Origin: a virus
Length of the DNA: 64,000 bases
Virus record (IMG/VR): IMGVR_UViG_3300033153_005694
Location: 19,028 to 83,027 of that record
Reading direction: 5' to 3' (one strand)
In this document: piece after piece, positions 29,837 to 38,599 of the stretch
Layout: every line of letters starts with the position of its first letter
Numbering within the stretch: position 1 is the stretch's first letter
The notes under the pieces: generated by a model
Database searches by the model: none
What the model was told of the DNA's origin: nothing
Seen by the model: the letters and a program-made list of their open reading frames with translations, nothing else
Made by a program: the position numbers and the translations under genes

Positions 29837-30239
29837 TACTAGCTTTCTCCGCTATAAAGCCTTCAACTACTGCGTATAAATACAAGCCTCTAATGGAGAT
29901 TTTTAGAAGGCCGCTACCGCGATCTGCTAGGTATAGTTCTCTCCCTAGTATTTCTTCAATCCTAGTAAAAGTACTTATGAATTCTTTGAAGTTATTGTAG
30001 ACATGTACAATATTATAGATGCCATACTGAGCCACTGGGTCTACCCCTATTTCGTCCATATCTTGAGCATATAGTAATTGCCCATCTGTTATAAAAACAT
30101 AAGGACAGTCTGTGTGCCTAAATACGTAGTTAGTAGGGTTATCATGGAATATCTCTTTAACTAAGCTTTTATCTAATTCTTTTTGAGTTATGGGATCAGT
30201 AAGGTAGATTTGTGTTCTGTCTGTCACTAAATTATCCAT
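29823..30239 (-). CDS. Hypothetical protein
   Basis: ORF between nrdD and nrdG. Confidence 0.55.
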   Translation of the reverse strand: MDNLVTDRTQIYLTDPITQKELDKSLVKEIFHDNPTNYVFRHTDCPYVFITDGQLLYAQDMDEIGVDPVAQYGIYNIVHVYNNFKEFISTFTRIEEILGRELYLADRGSGLLKISIRGLYLYAVVEGFIAEKASNALL

Positions 30240-30242
30240 ATT

Positions 30243-30437
30243 TTACTTTCCTTTCAGCACGTAAAGTGTACTAAGCCTATGTTTACAGAACCTATCAAAG
30301 TCAGTTATAGCAGATGTTAGGTTTGTATATCTAGCTTTTGATAGTGGCCATATAGAGATACAGAAAAAGTAATGTCTTTTCTCTGTATCATATATAATTG
30401 CGGGTTGTTTATGGTATCTAGCAGATACTTTAAACAT
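30243..30437 (-). CDS. Hypothetical protein
   Basis: ORF directly after nrdD. Confidence 0.45.
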   Translation of the reverse strand: MFKVSARYHKQPAIIYDTEKRHYFFCISIWPLSKARYTNLTSAITDFDRFCKHRLSTLYVLKGK

Positions 30438-30438
30438 A

Positions 30439-32223
30439 TTAACTACTTACGTTATAATGCCTAAGATCAGCTTCTTTCTGACGTTCAGAACTAAAGCTAG
30501 ATACTTTCTTAAGGTACCCAATTACTCTAGTAGCATGATCCACATTTCCTGATCCACAGTTCTCACAGTTGTAACGAGTTTGTTTGTCAATATGTCCACA
30601 ATCTCGGCAAATTGTAATCTTAATATTGAAACAGAAATACTCACAACCTTCTTGAACACTTACATCAATAAGTTTCTTAAAGCCTTCTTTAGAAGCATAA
30701 CCTTCTAAATTACAGTGGTAAGCGGATCCACCATCGAGGAATTGACTAGTGTCATTACCGTGAAGTGCGAATTTGTCTAAGACTGAGATATCGTTATCTT
30801 CTACCTTGTAAAGGTAAGAATTGTAACATTCTCTAGGTACTACGTAACCATCGGCCTTATCCCATTTAGAGAACTTAACGCCTAGATTTTCAGCTGGTAC
30901 AAATTCAGTATTGAATTTGACGTTGTATTTCTTAGCATTGACTTTGTTTAAGTCACTGATCTCTTTAAGTAGGGTTGATGTCCATTGCTTATATTCGTCG
31001 TTATTGTCGATAGTCATACCTAGATACTCTGCTGCTTCTAGTACACCATTAACTCCAATAGTTAGATATTGCTTATCAGTAGTAATGTAGTTATTGGTAT
31101 ATACTGGTAACATACCTGCATCGATGTAATCATCGAATAGGTCTTTGAAAGCTAGTTGGTACTTGTGAATTTTCTCAACTTGTTCAGTCATAGATCTACC
31201 GTCTTGGATTAGTCGATTAACGTTAATTGTGATAACGTTCATAGATCCTGTCGCAACTCCGCCTGCTCCTAACGAGTAAGAGAAATCGTTGATACCATCA
31301 GAGATGTCGTTCTTTAGTCTACAGCATGAGCTGAGGGCATGAGCATTTTCGCTAGAGAATGAGAAGAATGCGTTACCCTCTGCATATTCGTTAGCAATAA
31401 AGTCTAGGTATTCAGCGTCTACGTAAGAGTTTCCATCTGTTAGTGCAGCTGAGGTAACTACTGGGAATGTAAGTAATGCTTTAGTTCGTTCTTTATTGAA
31501 CCATTGCATAAAGTATCTTTGTAGTTTATCTAGTGATTCATATCCAGGCTTATCACCGTCTGGGAACGAGAAGTTACCGAACATAGCGTCAAAGTATGGT
31601 TTATCGTAGATTGAGATGTTCCAGAATACTGATTGGAAACCTCTGGCTGCTGCTGGCTGGTTTAGGGCATATACAACGTGTTGTAGTTGGTTTGCAATGA
31701 TGTCTGTGTGAGTATTTAAGTAATCATCACCATAGTCTTTACGAGCGAAGTAGTCGAAGTACATTAACCATTCAACTGTTGCTACTGCCCCAGCAAATTG
31801 TGAACTGATTGCAAAAACTAGGTTTACGAATGTACCACAGAAACTAGATAGATGTTTAGGTGGTTCTGAGTCTCCTCCGAAACCTTTAAGACCGTCTAAT
31901 AAGAATGGGTACATTGATATAGATACGCAATAAGGTGCTAACGATGTTTCGTCGTGTGTGTAGATTTCATGTGCCTCTAGTTGTCTGTTGTATTCAGCTG
32001 CTAGATCTGCATCGAATCGCTTTGTGATGTAGTCCATGATTAATGAACGGTTAACTTGGATGTTGATATCCTTGTGGATTTCAGCTCCCATAGTAGCGAT
32101 GTTTTTGCTTGATACGTTTGCATTAGCATCCAGCTTAGATCCATCTGCAGCGTTTTGAGCATGAATATAGTTGTTTATAAAGGCTTTCTTTGCCTCGATT
32201 TGTGTGTCGGTTAGTCTAACCAT
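30439..32223 (-). CDS. nrdD: Class III anaerobic ribonucleoside-triphosphate reductase
   Basis: IYTHD, PYCVS, SSCCRL, PAENL, CxxC/CxxC and glycyl-radical loop TRVIGYL; promoter TTTAAT-N11-TATACT at 32278-32300. Confidence 0.95.
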   Translation of the reverse strand: MVRLTDTQIEAKKAFINNYIHAQNAADGSKLDANANVSSKNIATMGAEIHKDINIQVNRSLIMDYITKRFDADLAAEYNRQLEAHEIYTHDETSLAPYCVSISMYPFLLDGLKGFGGDSEPPKHLSSFCGTFVNLVFAISSQFAGAVATVEWLMYFDYFARKDYGDDYLNTHTDIIANQLQHVVYALNQPAAARGFQSVFWNISIYDKPYFDAMFGNFSFPDGDKPGYESLDKLQRYFMQWFNKERTKALLTFPVVTSAALTDGNSYVDAEYLDFIANEYAEGNAFFSFSSENAHALSSCCRLKNDISDGINDFSYSLGAGGVATGSMNVITINVNRLIQDGRSMTEQVEKIHKYQLAFKDLFDDYIDAGMLPVYTNNYITTDKQYLTIGVNGVLEAAEYLGMTIDNNDEYKQWTSTLLKEISDLNKVNAKKYNVKFNTEFVPAENLGVKFSKWDKADGYVVPRECYNSYLYKVEDNDISVLDKFALHGNDTSQFLDGGSAYHCNLEGYASKEGFKKLIDVSVQEGCEYFCFNIKITICRDCGHIDKQTRYNCENCGSGNVDHATRVIGYLKKVSSFSSERQKEADLRHYNVSS

Positions 32224-32495
32224 AGTGTGTCCTTTTGTGTATGAATTATAGCTCTTTTTTCAAGAGAGCGAACCTAAAGTATATCTAAATTTAGATTAAA
32301 GATAGGTTAAGTGGTAAGACTTATCTAGTAATTTTGACCATTAAGTTCTCCAAGCTAGGTAAATAAGAGGTAAAGCTGCTATAGTTGGTATGATAGAGCC
32401 TGTAATTAGTCCTATAGTAAATAGTGGCATTGCAGTGCAGTCATAGAAGCTGTATTTTTTCGTAGAAAAATATGTGTCTAATTTGTGGATAAATT

Positions 32496-32898
32496 TTATG
32501 GAATCTCCTTTGTAGGGATTAGAGTAACTTCACATCTAGGATTGACTTTGTCTTGGGAAATCACTTTCCAAGTTGTACCTAGATGAAACTTAGTGTTGTC
32601 TTGTTCTACTATGTTGTGCTCTTGTAAAGCATCGAGTACGAATTTTTCCACCATGGAAGCGATATTTGAACCGTCGCAAGATGGGTTTTTGTAATACAGA
32701 TGAATTTCAAGAGTGTATGAGCTGGAAATAACATTACCGGTTAGTTGCTGTTTAACAAGCTCGTGGTAATGGGTTTTGACTTCATTCTTCTCATGGTAGT
32801 GAGAATTACCGGTACCAATTCATACCAACTAAGAACGTTTTATCGTCTTTAGTCTTGTAGGTTTTGGTGTAATAGATAGGGAGTATTAAATTACTCAT
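32496..32898 (-). pseudogene. RusA-like Holliday junction resolvase with a 1-nt insertion
   Basis: MNWYR|NSHYH...CDGSNIASMVEKFVLDALQEHNIVEQDN...DKVNPRCEV. The span is 403 nt (3n+1) with a break at CGG TAA T (32806-32811). Confidence 0.7.
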
Positions 32899-33404
32899 GA
32901 AGAGGGCTCCTCCTTTATAGATTGTATAGGTATGTTGAGATTATGCTCAAGTATATAACTATTTCTGACAAGTAAGGCGGTATATTCTGTATTATAATAG
33001 CCAAGGTGTGTTTCTCTACCTTTACTAATAGATAGGAATACTGCCCATTTACCATTTCGTTTATAAAAACGTATACCTTTATAGTTACCTATTTGCTTAC
33101 TTGAAGGTACTTTCCTGTTTAGTGAATTATCCCTAGGAGTAACAAACCTACAATTAGAAGGCTCATAGTTACCATCGGAGTCTTTACGATCGATTTGCAA
33201 GTTTTCCTGGTGTCCATTAGCCAATGCCCAACTTTTAAAAATTGGGTAGTCTTCCCATTCAGTACATACAGAGATGCCTTTATGCTTATAGTACTGTGCA
33301 GAATCTACACAGTCATACTTACATCTAGCTCTCATGTTATACCATAGGAGATATAGCTTTGTTTTATTTCCCTTGTTAGCATCGTTATGTATACGTTTAC
33401 CCAT
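32895..33404 (-). mobile_element. Free-standing HNH-AP2 homing endonuclease
   Basis: LQIDRKDSDGNYEPSNCRF (HNH-like) plus YKGI...KW...HLGYY (AP2-like); own promoter at 33434-33456. Confidence 0.85.
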
Positions 33405-33479
33405 AGTAATCCCTTATCATATTAATATATGTAATTATATACCAATTCAACTTAGATATTACTTAAGTAGATAGGGAGA

Positions 33480-33773
33480 TTAAGCACCGGCTATCTTCAG
33501 CTTAAGTGCCGCTGATGGTTTAAATTTGATAACTTGCTTAGCTGGAGTGCTGTATGTTGTGCCTGTTGAGGGTGATATACCAGACTGTGCAGCTTGAGTT
33601 GCAGGTTTAAAACCACCGAATGCTTGACCTAGATATACTTCGCTGCCTTCAGAAATGTGGTTTGAAATAACTGTTAAAAGTTCGTCCAGTACTTCAGTAG
33701 CTGCTGCTTTTGAACCTAGTCTGTTGTGGTTTGCTAGTGTGTCAATGATGTCTAATTTTGAGATTTGTGCCAT
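33480..33773 (-). CDS. HU/IHF-like DNA-binding protein
   Basis: FGGFK...G.SPSTG....PAKQVIKFKPSAALK; CAGGAGG SD. Confidence 0.9.
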   Translation of the reverse strand: MAQISKLDIIDTLANHNRLGSKAAATEVLDELLTVISNHISEGSEVYLGQAFGGFKPATQAAQSGISPSTGTTYSTPAKQVIKFKPSAALKLKIAGA

Positions 33774-33892
33774 AATGGCCTCCTGTAGTATTAAAATGGT
33801 GGGCTTACACCAAGAACGACCGCGATACGCAATCTTCTCGGAATTAAACTTGCAGTGTGTGCTGCAGAGGTATCCGCTTGGCTGCCAAGGGG

Positions 33893-34150
33893 CTAGATAA
33901 AATATTCTGGGTAGCGCTCTTTGTATATAGGATCTATATATGTAGGACTATCTTCAGTAAAATAGTATTTTATAGCTGCAGATTTATAATCTTCTAAAGA
34001 ATTTACAGAGTAGTTTGATAAAAGAATAAAAGCTATAAGTGATTTACAGTCTTTCTCAAAAGTACTTAAAATAAAAGCAAAACCTTGGGCTGTGTAGTCT
34101 GTAGGACATCCTTGTGTTAATAAGGATAGAAGTAACGTTGTAGAATTCAT
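33893..34150 (-). CDS. Hypothetical protein with C-terminal YPEYFI tag
   Basis: ORF track; shared C-terminal motif. Confidence 0.65.
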   Translation of the reverse strand: MNSTTLLLSLLTQGCPTDYTAQGFAFILSTFEKDCKSLIAFILLSNYSVNSLEDYKSAAIKYYFTEDSPTYIDPIYKERYPEYFI

Positions 34151-34158
34151 AGTAGTTT

Positions 34159-34725
34159 CTAGTGTTTAACAAAATTAATACCATTATATTGAGCTAGTTT
34201 AGTCATACAGTATCTGCAAGATGTTCCACATTCGACGTTTGAGCCTGCGGTGACTGGACAAGTGAATATAGAAGGATCTAGGTTTTCCACTTTGTCGTAG
34301 TTTAGTGAGCCGTGCATTAGTGAGTCGATGATGATTACATTTGGCATGCTCATTAAAGATGAAAAGTTGAAGTCACGTAAGCGTTTAGTAAAGGTATAGA
34401 ATATGAAATTTGGGAGTAAACGGGCAATAGTGGACCACTTGTCGACGTAGGCTTGAGAGTGAAATTCGCCTGACTCGTGTATACGAACTGTATGGCAAGG
34501 TCTGCGGTAGGATTTGAGTTCAGAGACTACGAGTTCAACGAATTCGTCAGTTTTGGAGATGTCTAAGCGAGCTTGACGATAAGGGACTACGGTTTTTGGA
34601 AAACGCTTTTGAGCTTTCAAAGCATAGCAACCTGGACATGTACGACCACATACAGACTTGTCAACGAGAATGTTGAAGATGTATTGGTCTTTAAGTTTGC
34701 TGTTTTGGAATTTGAATAGTTTCAT
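34159..34725 (-). CDS. Phage Gp88-like (Cys-rich, radical-SAM-like) protein
   Basis: NSKL, CGRTCPGCYA, RIHESGEF, FYTFTKR, CPVT...C..C..C. Confidence 0.7.
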   Translation of the reverse strand: MKLFKFQNSKLKDQYIFNILVDKSVCGRTCPGCYALKAQKRFPKTVVPYRQARLDISKTDEFVELVVSELKSYRRPCHTVRIHESGEFHSQAYVDKWSTIARLLPNFIFYTFTKRLRDFNFSSLMSMPNVIIIDSLMHGSLNYDKVENLDPSIFTCPVTAGSNVECGTSCRYCMTKLAQYNGINFVKH

Positions 34726-34967
34726 ATAAACATCTCCGGATGATACTCTTTATAGTTGTGGTATTTGTGGGATTCCTCAGCATAACCTGTAGTAGCGAAA
34801 AATTGCTTAAGATAAGTTTCAGTACCGATTTTGGATTTGGAAATAGGTAGGATATTGCCATAATCTGAGATGACTAGGTAAGTTTTGTCGGTTTCGTCGA
34901 TTACTGTAAGGTTGCCGGATTTACGTCCGTCTTTGGTATAAATAATGTCGTTAATTTTGAATTTCAT
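34722..34967 (-). CDS. Hypothetical protein with C-terminal HPEMFI tag
   Basis: TKDGRKSGN motif; shared C-terminus. Confidence 0.65.
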   Translation of the reverse strand: MKFKINDIIYTKDGRKSGNLTVIDETDKTYLVISDYGNILPISKSKIGTETYLKQFFATTGYAEESHKYHNYKEYHPEMFI

Positions 34968-35164
34968 ATAAGTAACTCCGGGAATTTGTTAGTGGTATCA
35001 GATGCTAGTACGTCTTGCTCTGCTGTAATCTGCTATAAGTAGTATCTAAAAATATCTAGATTACTGGTTTGGTAAGAAGTATAGCCTGCTGTGTTGGATT
35101 GAGTACCTATGGTATAGGTAATTGAATCATCGACGTTTAGCGGGACTCCAAATAAACCTGTCAT
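34964..35164 (-). pseudogene. Tagged small ORF (...NKFPELLI) with an in-frame TAG
   Basis: ATGA-coupled to pol; TAG at 35033-35035 in frame; read manually. Confidence 0.55.
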
Positions 35165-36981
35165 GGTATGTCCTTCAAGGCTTGGGTGATGTGGGCTAAT
35201 GAAGCGTCGTTAGGCAATTCAACTAGATTAGCCCAGTTTGGACCAATATCTAGATTTGCAGCATTGTGGACTATTTGATCAGGCATAAAATCTTTAGTCA
35301 TCACTGGAATGAGATTGTCGTTAAGCCACTTGATGATTTGTGGATCATTACGGACTTCAAAATAGATGCTATCGTAGATAGTTGAAGTAACGATGATGTC
35401 GTCTTGCAAGTTTGCATCGTCGATGAGTTGGTGCATCTTGTTGATGGTTAAAGCTGTAAGGATTGACCAGAATTGGCAAGTTGCATTATTGAGAGTACGA
35501 ATATCACGATCTGGAGAATCTGACTTAATATAGAAACCAAGACCTAGATGTATTTGGCCGTGTTGTCGTGCTGTAGGTAAAACGTAGTTCTCTCGATATT
35601 CGGTGATACCTGGATATAGGGTATTGTGGTAGTTGTTAAAGATTGCTTCGGCTGCTGGTAGTGAAATTTTGAGCGATGATGCAACTTTCGGTGGAAATGC
35701 ACCATAAGATAAACCAAATGTAGCACCTTTACCTTTTTGTCGGATTGCATCGAGAGATTTGTTTGAGTGTCGCAGTTTGTCGAAGGCTTTAACGTCGATG
35801 ACTGTATCGCCGGTTATCGGCATTTGTGCTGCAACTTCATCAGGGAAATAACCGTAAGCGTTTAAGCAGTGGCCATCTAGTCCTTCAAGGAATACATTGC
35901 ATTTGTTAGTGTCACGGGATAGTGAAGCAATGACTCGGTCTTCCAAAGCTGAGTAATCGGCTGTAGCGATGATGAAGCCTGGAGGTGCTGTAAAGCATTG
36001 CTTGATGGGTTTGGCAAATATCGAGCCTGTTGAAGGCATATTTAGCATGTTTGGATTGGATGATGTATAGCGACCTGACTTAGCGCCTAAAAGTTTATAG
36101 GAGCCGTATAGGCGGTCGTTTACGGTGTAGCGATAAAATGCTTCGATGAAGTTGTTACGGACTATAGCGGCAAAGGAATGATCGATAAAGCACTGTGTGA
36201 AGTGCTTGATATCGGGATCACTGGTTTCGGAATTAACCCGTTCGACTTGATCACGATTCCAAGAAGGTAAACCTGTGTCTTTGGAAGTAGCTTCGGACTT
36301 GATACCTAGCATGTTGAAAAGTTCGGTCTTTTGCTTCGGAGAAGCAGGATTGAACTGTGGAATATCAACGGGTGGACTAGCTATCTTCTCGAGATATTTC
36401 GAATTATAAATGTCGGCTTTGTGCTGCGATAAAAGTTCGATGGCTTTAATAGCAATAGAATGGGTGGGGGATAATTCACCTTTAAGAAATCGCTGTAAAA
36501 GAGGACGATTGAGTGAAAAAGTCTTGACAAGCTTGGCTGGCCATTTAGCGATACCGGTTGGTAGAAGTTCACTAGGTTGTGTAATACCTTGCTGTATAGC
36601 GAAGATGTGCATGAAATATGAACGATGGTTCATATCGTTGAATTTGAATGGCTTGATAAAGTCGGATGGTTGTTTAAGCTTGGATTGTTGGTCTGTGATG
36701 TAATCTTTGATTTTAGATTTGTGGGTCTTTGCAATGTAGCGCTGGATGATGGGGTTAGACGCTAGCTCTTCCGCGACTTTGGCTAACTGTGCATCGAGAA
36801 CAGTCTCGAGTTGTTCGACTCTGTCGAGATCGATGTGGAGACCATTTCCCATAAGCCTTACACTATCTCGGATAAGATGTTTAGCGGTGGTTTGGTAGAA
36901 TTCATCGATTGATGGAGATACAGTGCGAGGTTCAGGAGCTGGGAGTAAACTCCAAGGTGAATAGTGAGCTGAGGTGGTCAT
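35161..36981 (-). CDS. Family A DNA polymerase, polymerase domain
   Basis: SGRYTSSNPNMLNMP, motif A ADYSALEDR, motif B RQKGKGATFGLSYG, motif C IYDSIY. Confidence 0.92.
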   Translation of the reverse strand: MTTSAHYSPWSLLPAPEPRTVSPSIDEFYQTTAKHLIRDSVRLMGNGLHIDLDRVEQLETVLDAQLAKVAEELASNPIIQRYIAKTHKSKIKDYITDQQSKLKQPSDFIKPFKFNDMNHRSYFMHIFAIQQGITQPSELLPTGIAKWPAKLVKTFSLNRPLLQRFLKGELSPTHSIAIKAIELLSQHKADIYNSKYLEKIASPPVDIPQFNPASPKQKTELFNMLGIKSEATSKDTGLPSWNRDQVERVNSETSDPDIKHFTQCFIDHSFAAIVRNNFIEAFYRYTVNDRLYGSYKLLGAKSGRYTSSNPNMLNMPSTGSIFAKPIKQCFTAPPGFIIATADYSALEDRVIASLSRDTNKCNVFLEGLDGHCLNAYGYFPDEVAAQMPITGDTVIDVKAFDKLRHSNKSLDAIRQKGKGATFGLSYGAFPPKVASSLKISLPAAEAIFNNYHNTLYPGITEYRENYVLPTARQHGQIHLGLGFYIKSDSPDRDIRTLNNATCQFWSILTALTINKMHQLIDDANLQDDIIVTSTIYDSIYFEVRNDPQIIKWLNDNLIPVMTKDFMPDQIVHNAANLDIGPNWANLVELPNDASLAHITQALKDIP

Positions 36982-36989
36982 AGGATTCC

Positions 36990-37277
36990 TTAGATAAAAT
37001 ATTCAGGGTATTGATTGGGGTTTTGGAGAACAAAGATAGGAAGGGCTGAATTAAAAATTTGCTTATGTCTAGTTGATGGCCATCTGCCTTTAGAGTCTGG
37101 GCCTTGATGAGTAGCAGGATATTTGTAGTAAAATAAAGGTTTACGACCATCCCAGCAAGTATCTAAGCGAGTATCGTAGGTCTCTAGTACATGCTTTTTA
37201 TCCAGCGGTATTTGGGTATATAGCCAATCTAGGTCTTCGAGACTAGTGATCTGGATGGTGTATTTGTTGATATCCAT
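36990..37277 (-). CDS. Hypothetical protein with YPEYFI tag
   Basis: ORF track; shared C-terminus. Confidence 0.65.
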   Translation of the reverse strand: MDINKYTIQITSLEDLDWLYTQIPLDKKHVLETYDTRLDTCWDGRKPLFYYKYPATHQGPDSKGRWPSTRHKQIFNSALPIFVLQNPNQYPEYFI

Positions 37278-37279
37278 AA

Positions 37280-37564
37280 CTAGATGAATAATTCAGGCCA
37301 TTCGGTGCTGTTATAGGCTAATTGCTCGTTAATGACTACATACTCATAAGGATTACAGGCCAAACGTTTAGGTTCAGGTCTAGAGTGAGTTTGCGGATCA
37401 CGCATATACCAACCCTCAACCCATGGGTCTCTGATAAGAACGTAGATGTTCTCCTTTGTGACTTTGTCTACAGTTGTAATAGTGTCGTTATAGCGTGAGC
37501 CGTAGCCTTTAACTAGGATAGTATCGCCTATTTTGATTGGACGGCCTAAGATGTCTTGAAGCAT
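37280..37564 (-). CDS. Hypothetical protein with WPELFI tag
   Basis: DILGRPIKIGD N-terminus; shared C-terminus. Confidence 0.65.
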   Translation of the reverse strand: MLQDILGRPIKIGDTILVKGYGSRYNDTITTVDKVTKENIYVLIRDPWVEGWYMRDPQTHSRPEPKRLACNPYEYVVINEQLAYNSTEWPELFI

Positions 37565-37573
37565 AGAGAGTCC

Positions 37574-37748
37574 TTAAATAAAAAATTCGGGGTATTGGTC
37601 TTTGAAATCGTTGAGAGTTGAAAGTGTAAACTTGTGGTCGGATAAGTAATCGTTGAGGTATAGCGATGTACTAGTAATCGACGTATTTGATGGTTGTAAA
37701 AGGTATACTAAGTTTGCGATATATCGTCTTGAGATGTAGAGTTAGCAT
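37574..37748 (-). pseudogene. Tagged small ORF (...DQYPEFFI), frameshifted near its start
   Basis: AAGGA SD plus ATG at 37748; span is 3n+1; read manually. Confidence 0.5.
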
Positions 37749-38397
37749 TGGATTCCTTTACGTAAGTATTGATTGAATCGAATAGTTTGTAAGTTGCACA
37801 AGCATCAATTGCTGCATAGTGGTGAACGTGTTCATCGTAAATGGTAGATAAGTCAAAGTTATCGGCGGATATCGCCCAATTTCCATACCACTTTCCAGCT
37901 AGCTCTTTGAGGCCAGTGTTAGCTTTCCAAGTCTCGACATGGTTGAGAATGGTTTTAGCGTAGATTTGCGTGTCTTCGTAGCTGATTGGCATCTTGCCTG
38001 TATGGTAATAAATATGCTTGAAATCGTAGGAAGCATTGTGCCATATTTGCTGCTTTTTGGTGGTAACCAAGAAGTTAAGAATTAAGTTGGTAATTCGAGG
38101 ATTATCGAGAATGAATACATAAGCCTCAGAATCGCTAATTGCAATACTACAATGGGTTAAAACAACATGAGATGGGTGGTCGAGAGCTGTAGCTCGAAGT
38201 TTAGATTCGAGTTCGATACGTCTACGTTTCGGTGGATTAGTATCTAGTTCAGCTTGCATTGAGGCTAGATCTGCTGGAGTATAGCGAATAGCGGTTTCGA
38301 AATCAGCTGCGAATAAGGCAGGTAATGAGCGAAGCCATTGATTTGCGGTATAAGCAGATTTGGTAGATTGGTAGGTGACTTTGATTGATTGCTGCAT
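37708..38397 (-). CDS. 3'-5' exonuclease (DnaQ-like proofreading domain of Pol A) as a separate gene
   Basis: ExoI ADFET, ExoII WHNASYDF, ExoIII YAAIDA. Confidence 0.88.
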   Translation of the reverse strand: MQQSIKVTYQSTKSAYTANQWLRSLPALFAADFETAIRYTPADLASMQAELDTNPPKRRRIELESKLRATALDHPSHVVLTHCSIAISDSEAYVFILDNPRITNLILNFLVTTKKQQIWHNASYDFKHIYYHTGKMPISYEDTQIYAKTILNHVETWKANTGLKELAGKWYGNWAISADNFDLSTIYDEHVHHYAAIDACATYKLFDSINTYVKESNANSTSQDDISQT

Positions 38398-38405
38398 GAC
38401 GAGTC

Positions 38406-38591
38406 CTAGATAAGCAATTCGGGATATTGCTCTTGAAGTTGAGGTAAAATAATAGTTGGAATATCACTAGACAACTCAGTACAGATTTGCCCAATTGAGC
38501 AATCTCCACAATTGCTGCCGCTATAGTATATAATGTTGTTTTGTATATAAGTATCAGGATGGGATAATAAAGTAACATATTTGTCTAACAT
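38406..38591 (-). CDS. Small Cys-containing protein with YPELLI tag
   Basis: CGDCSIGQIC; shared C-terminus. Confidence 0.6.
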   Translation of the reverse strand: MLDKYVTLLSHPDTYIQNNIIYYSGSNCGDCSIGQICTELSSDIPTIILPQLQEQYPELLI

Positions 38592-38599
38592 AGGTGCTC

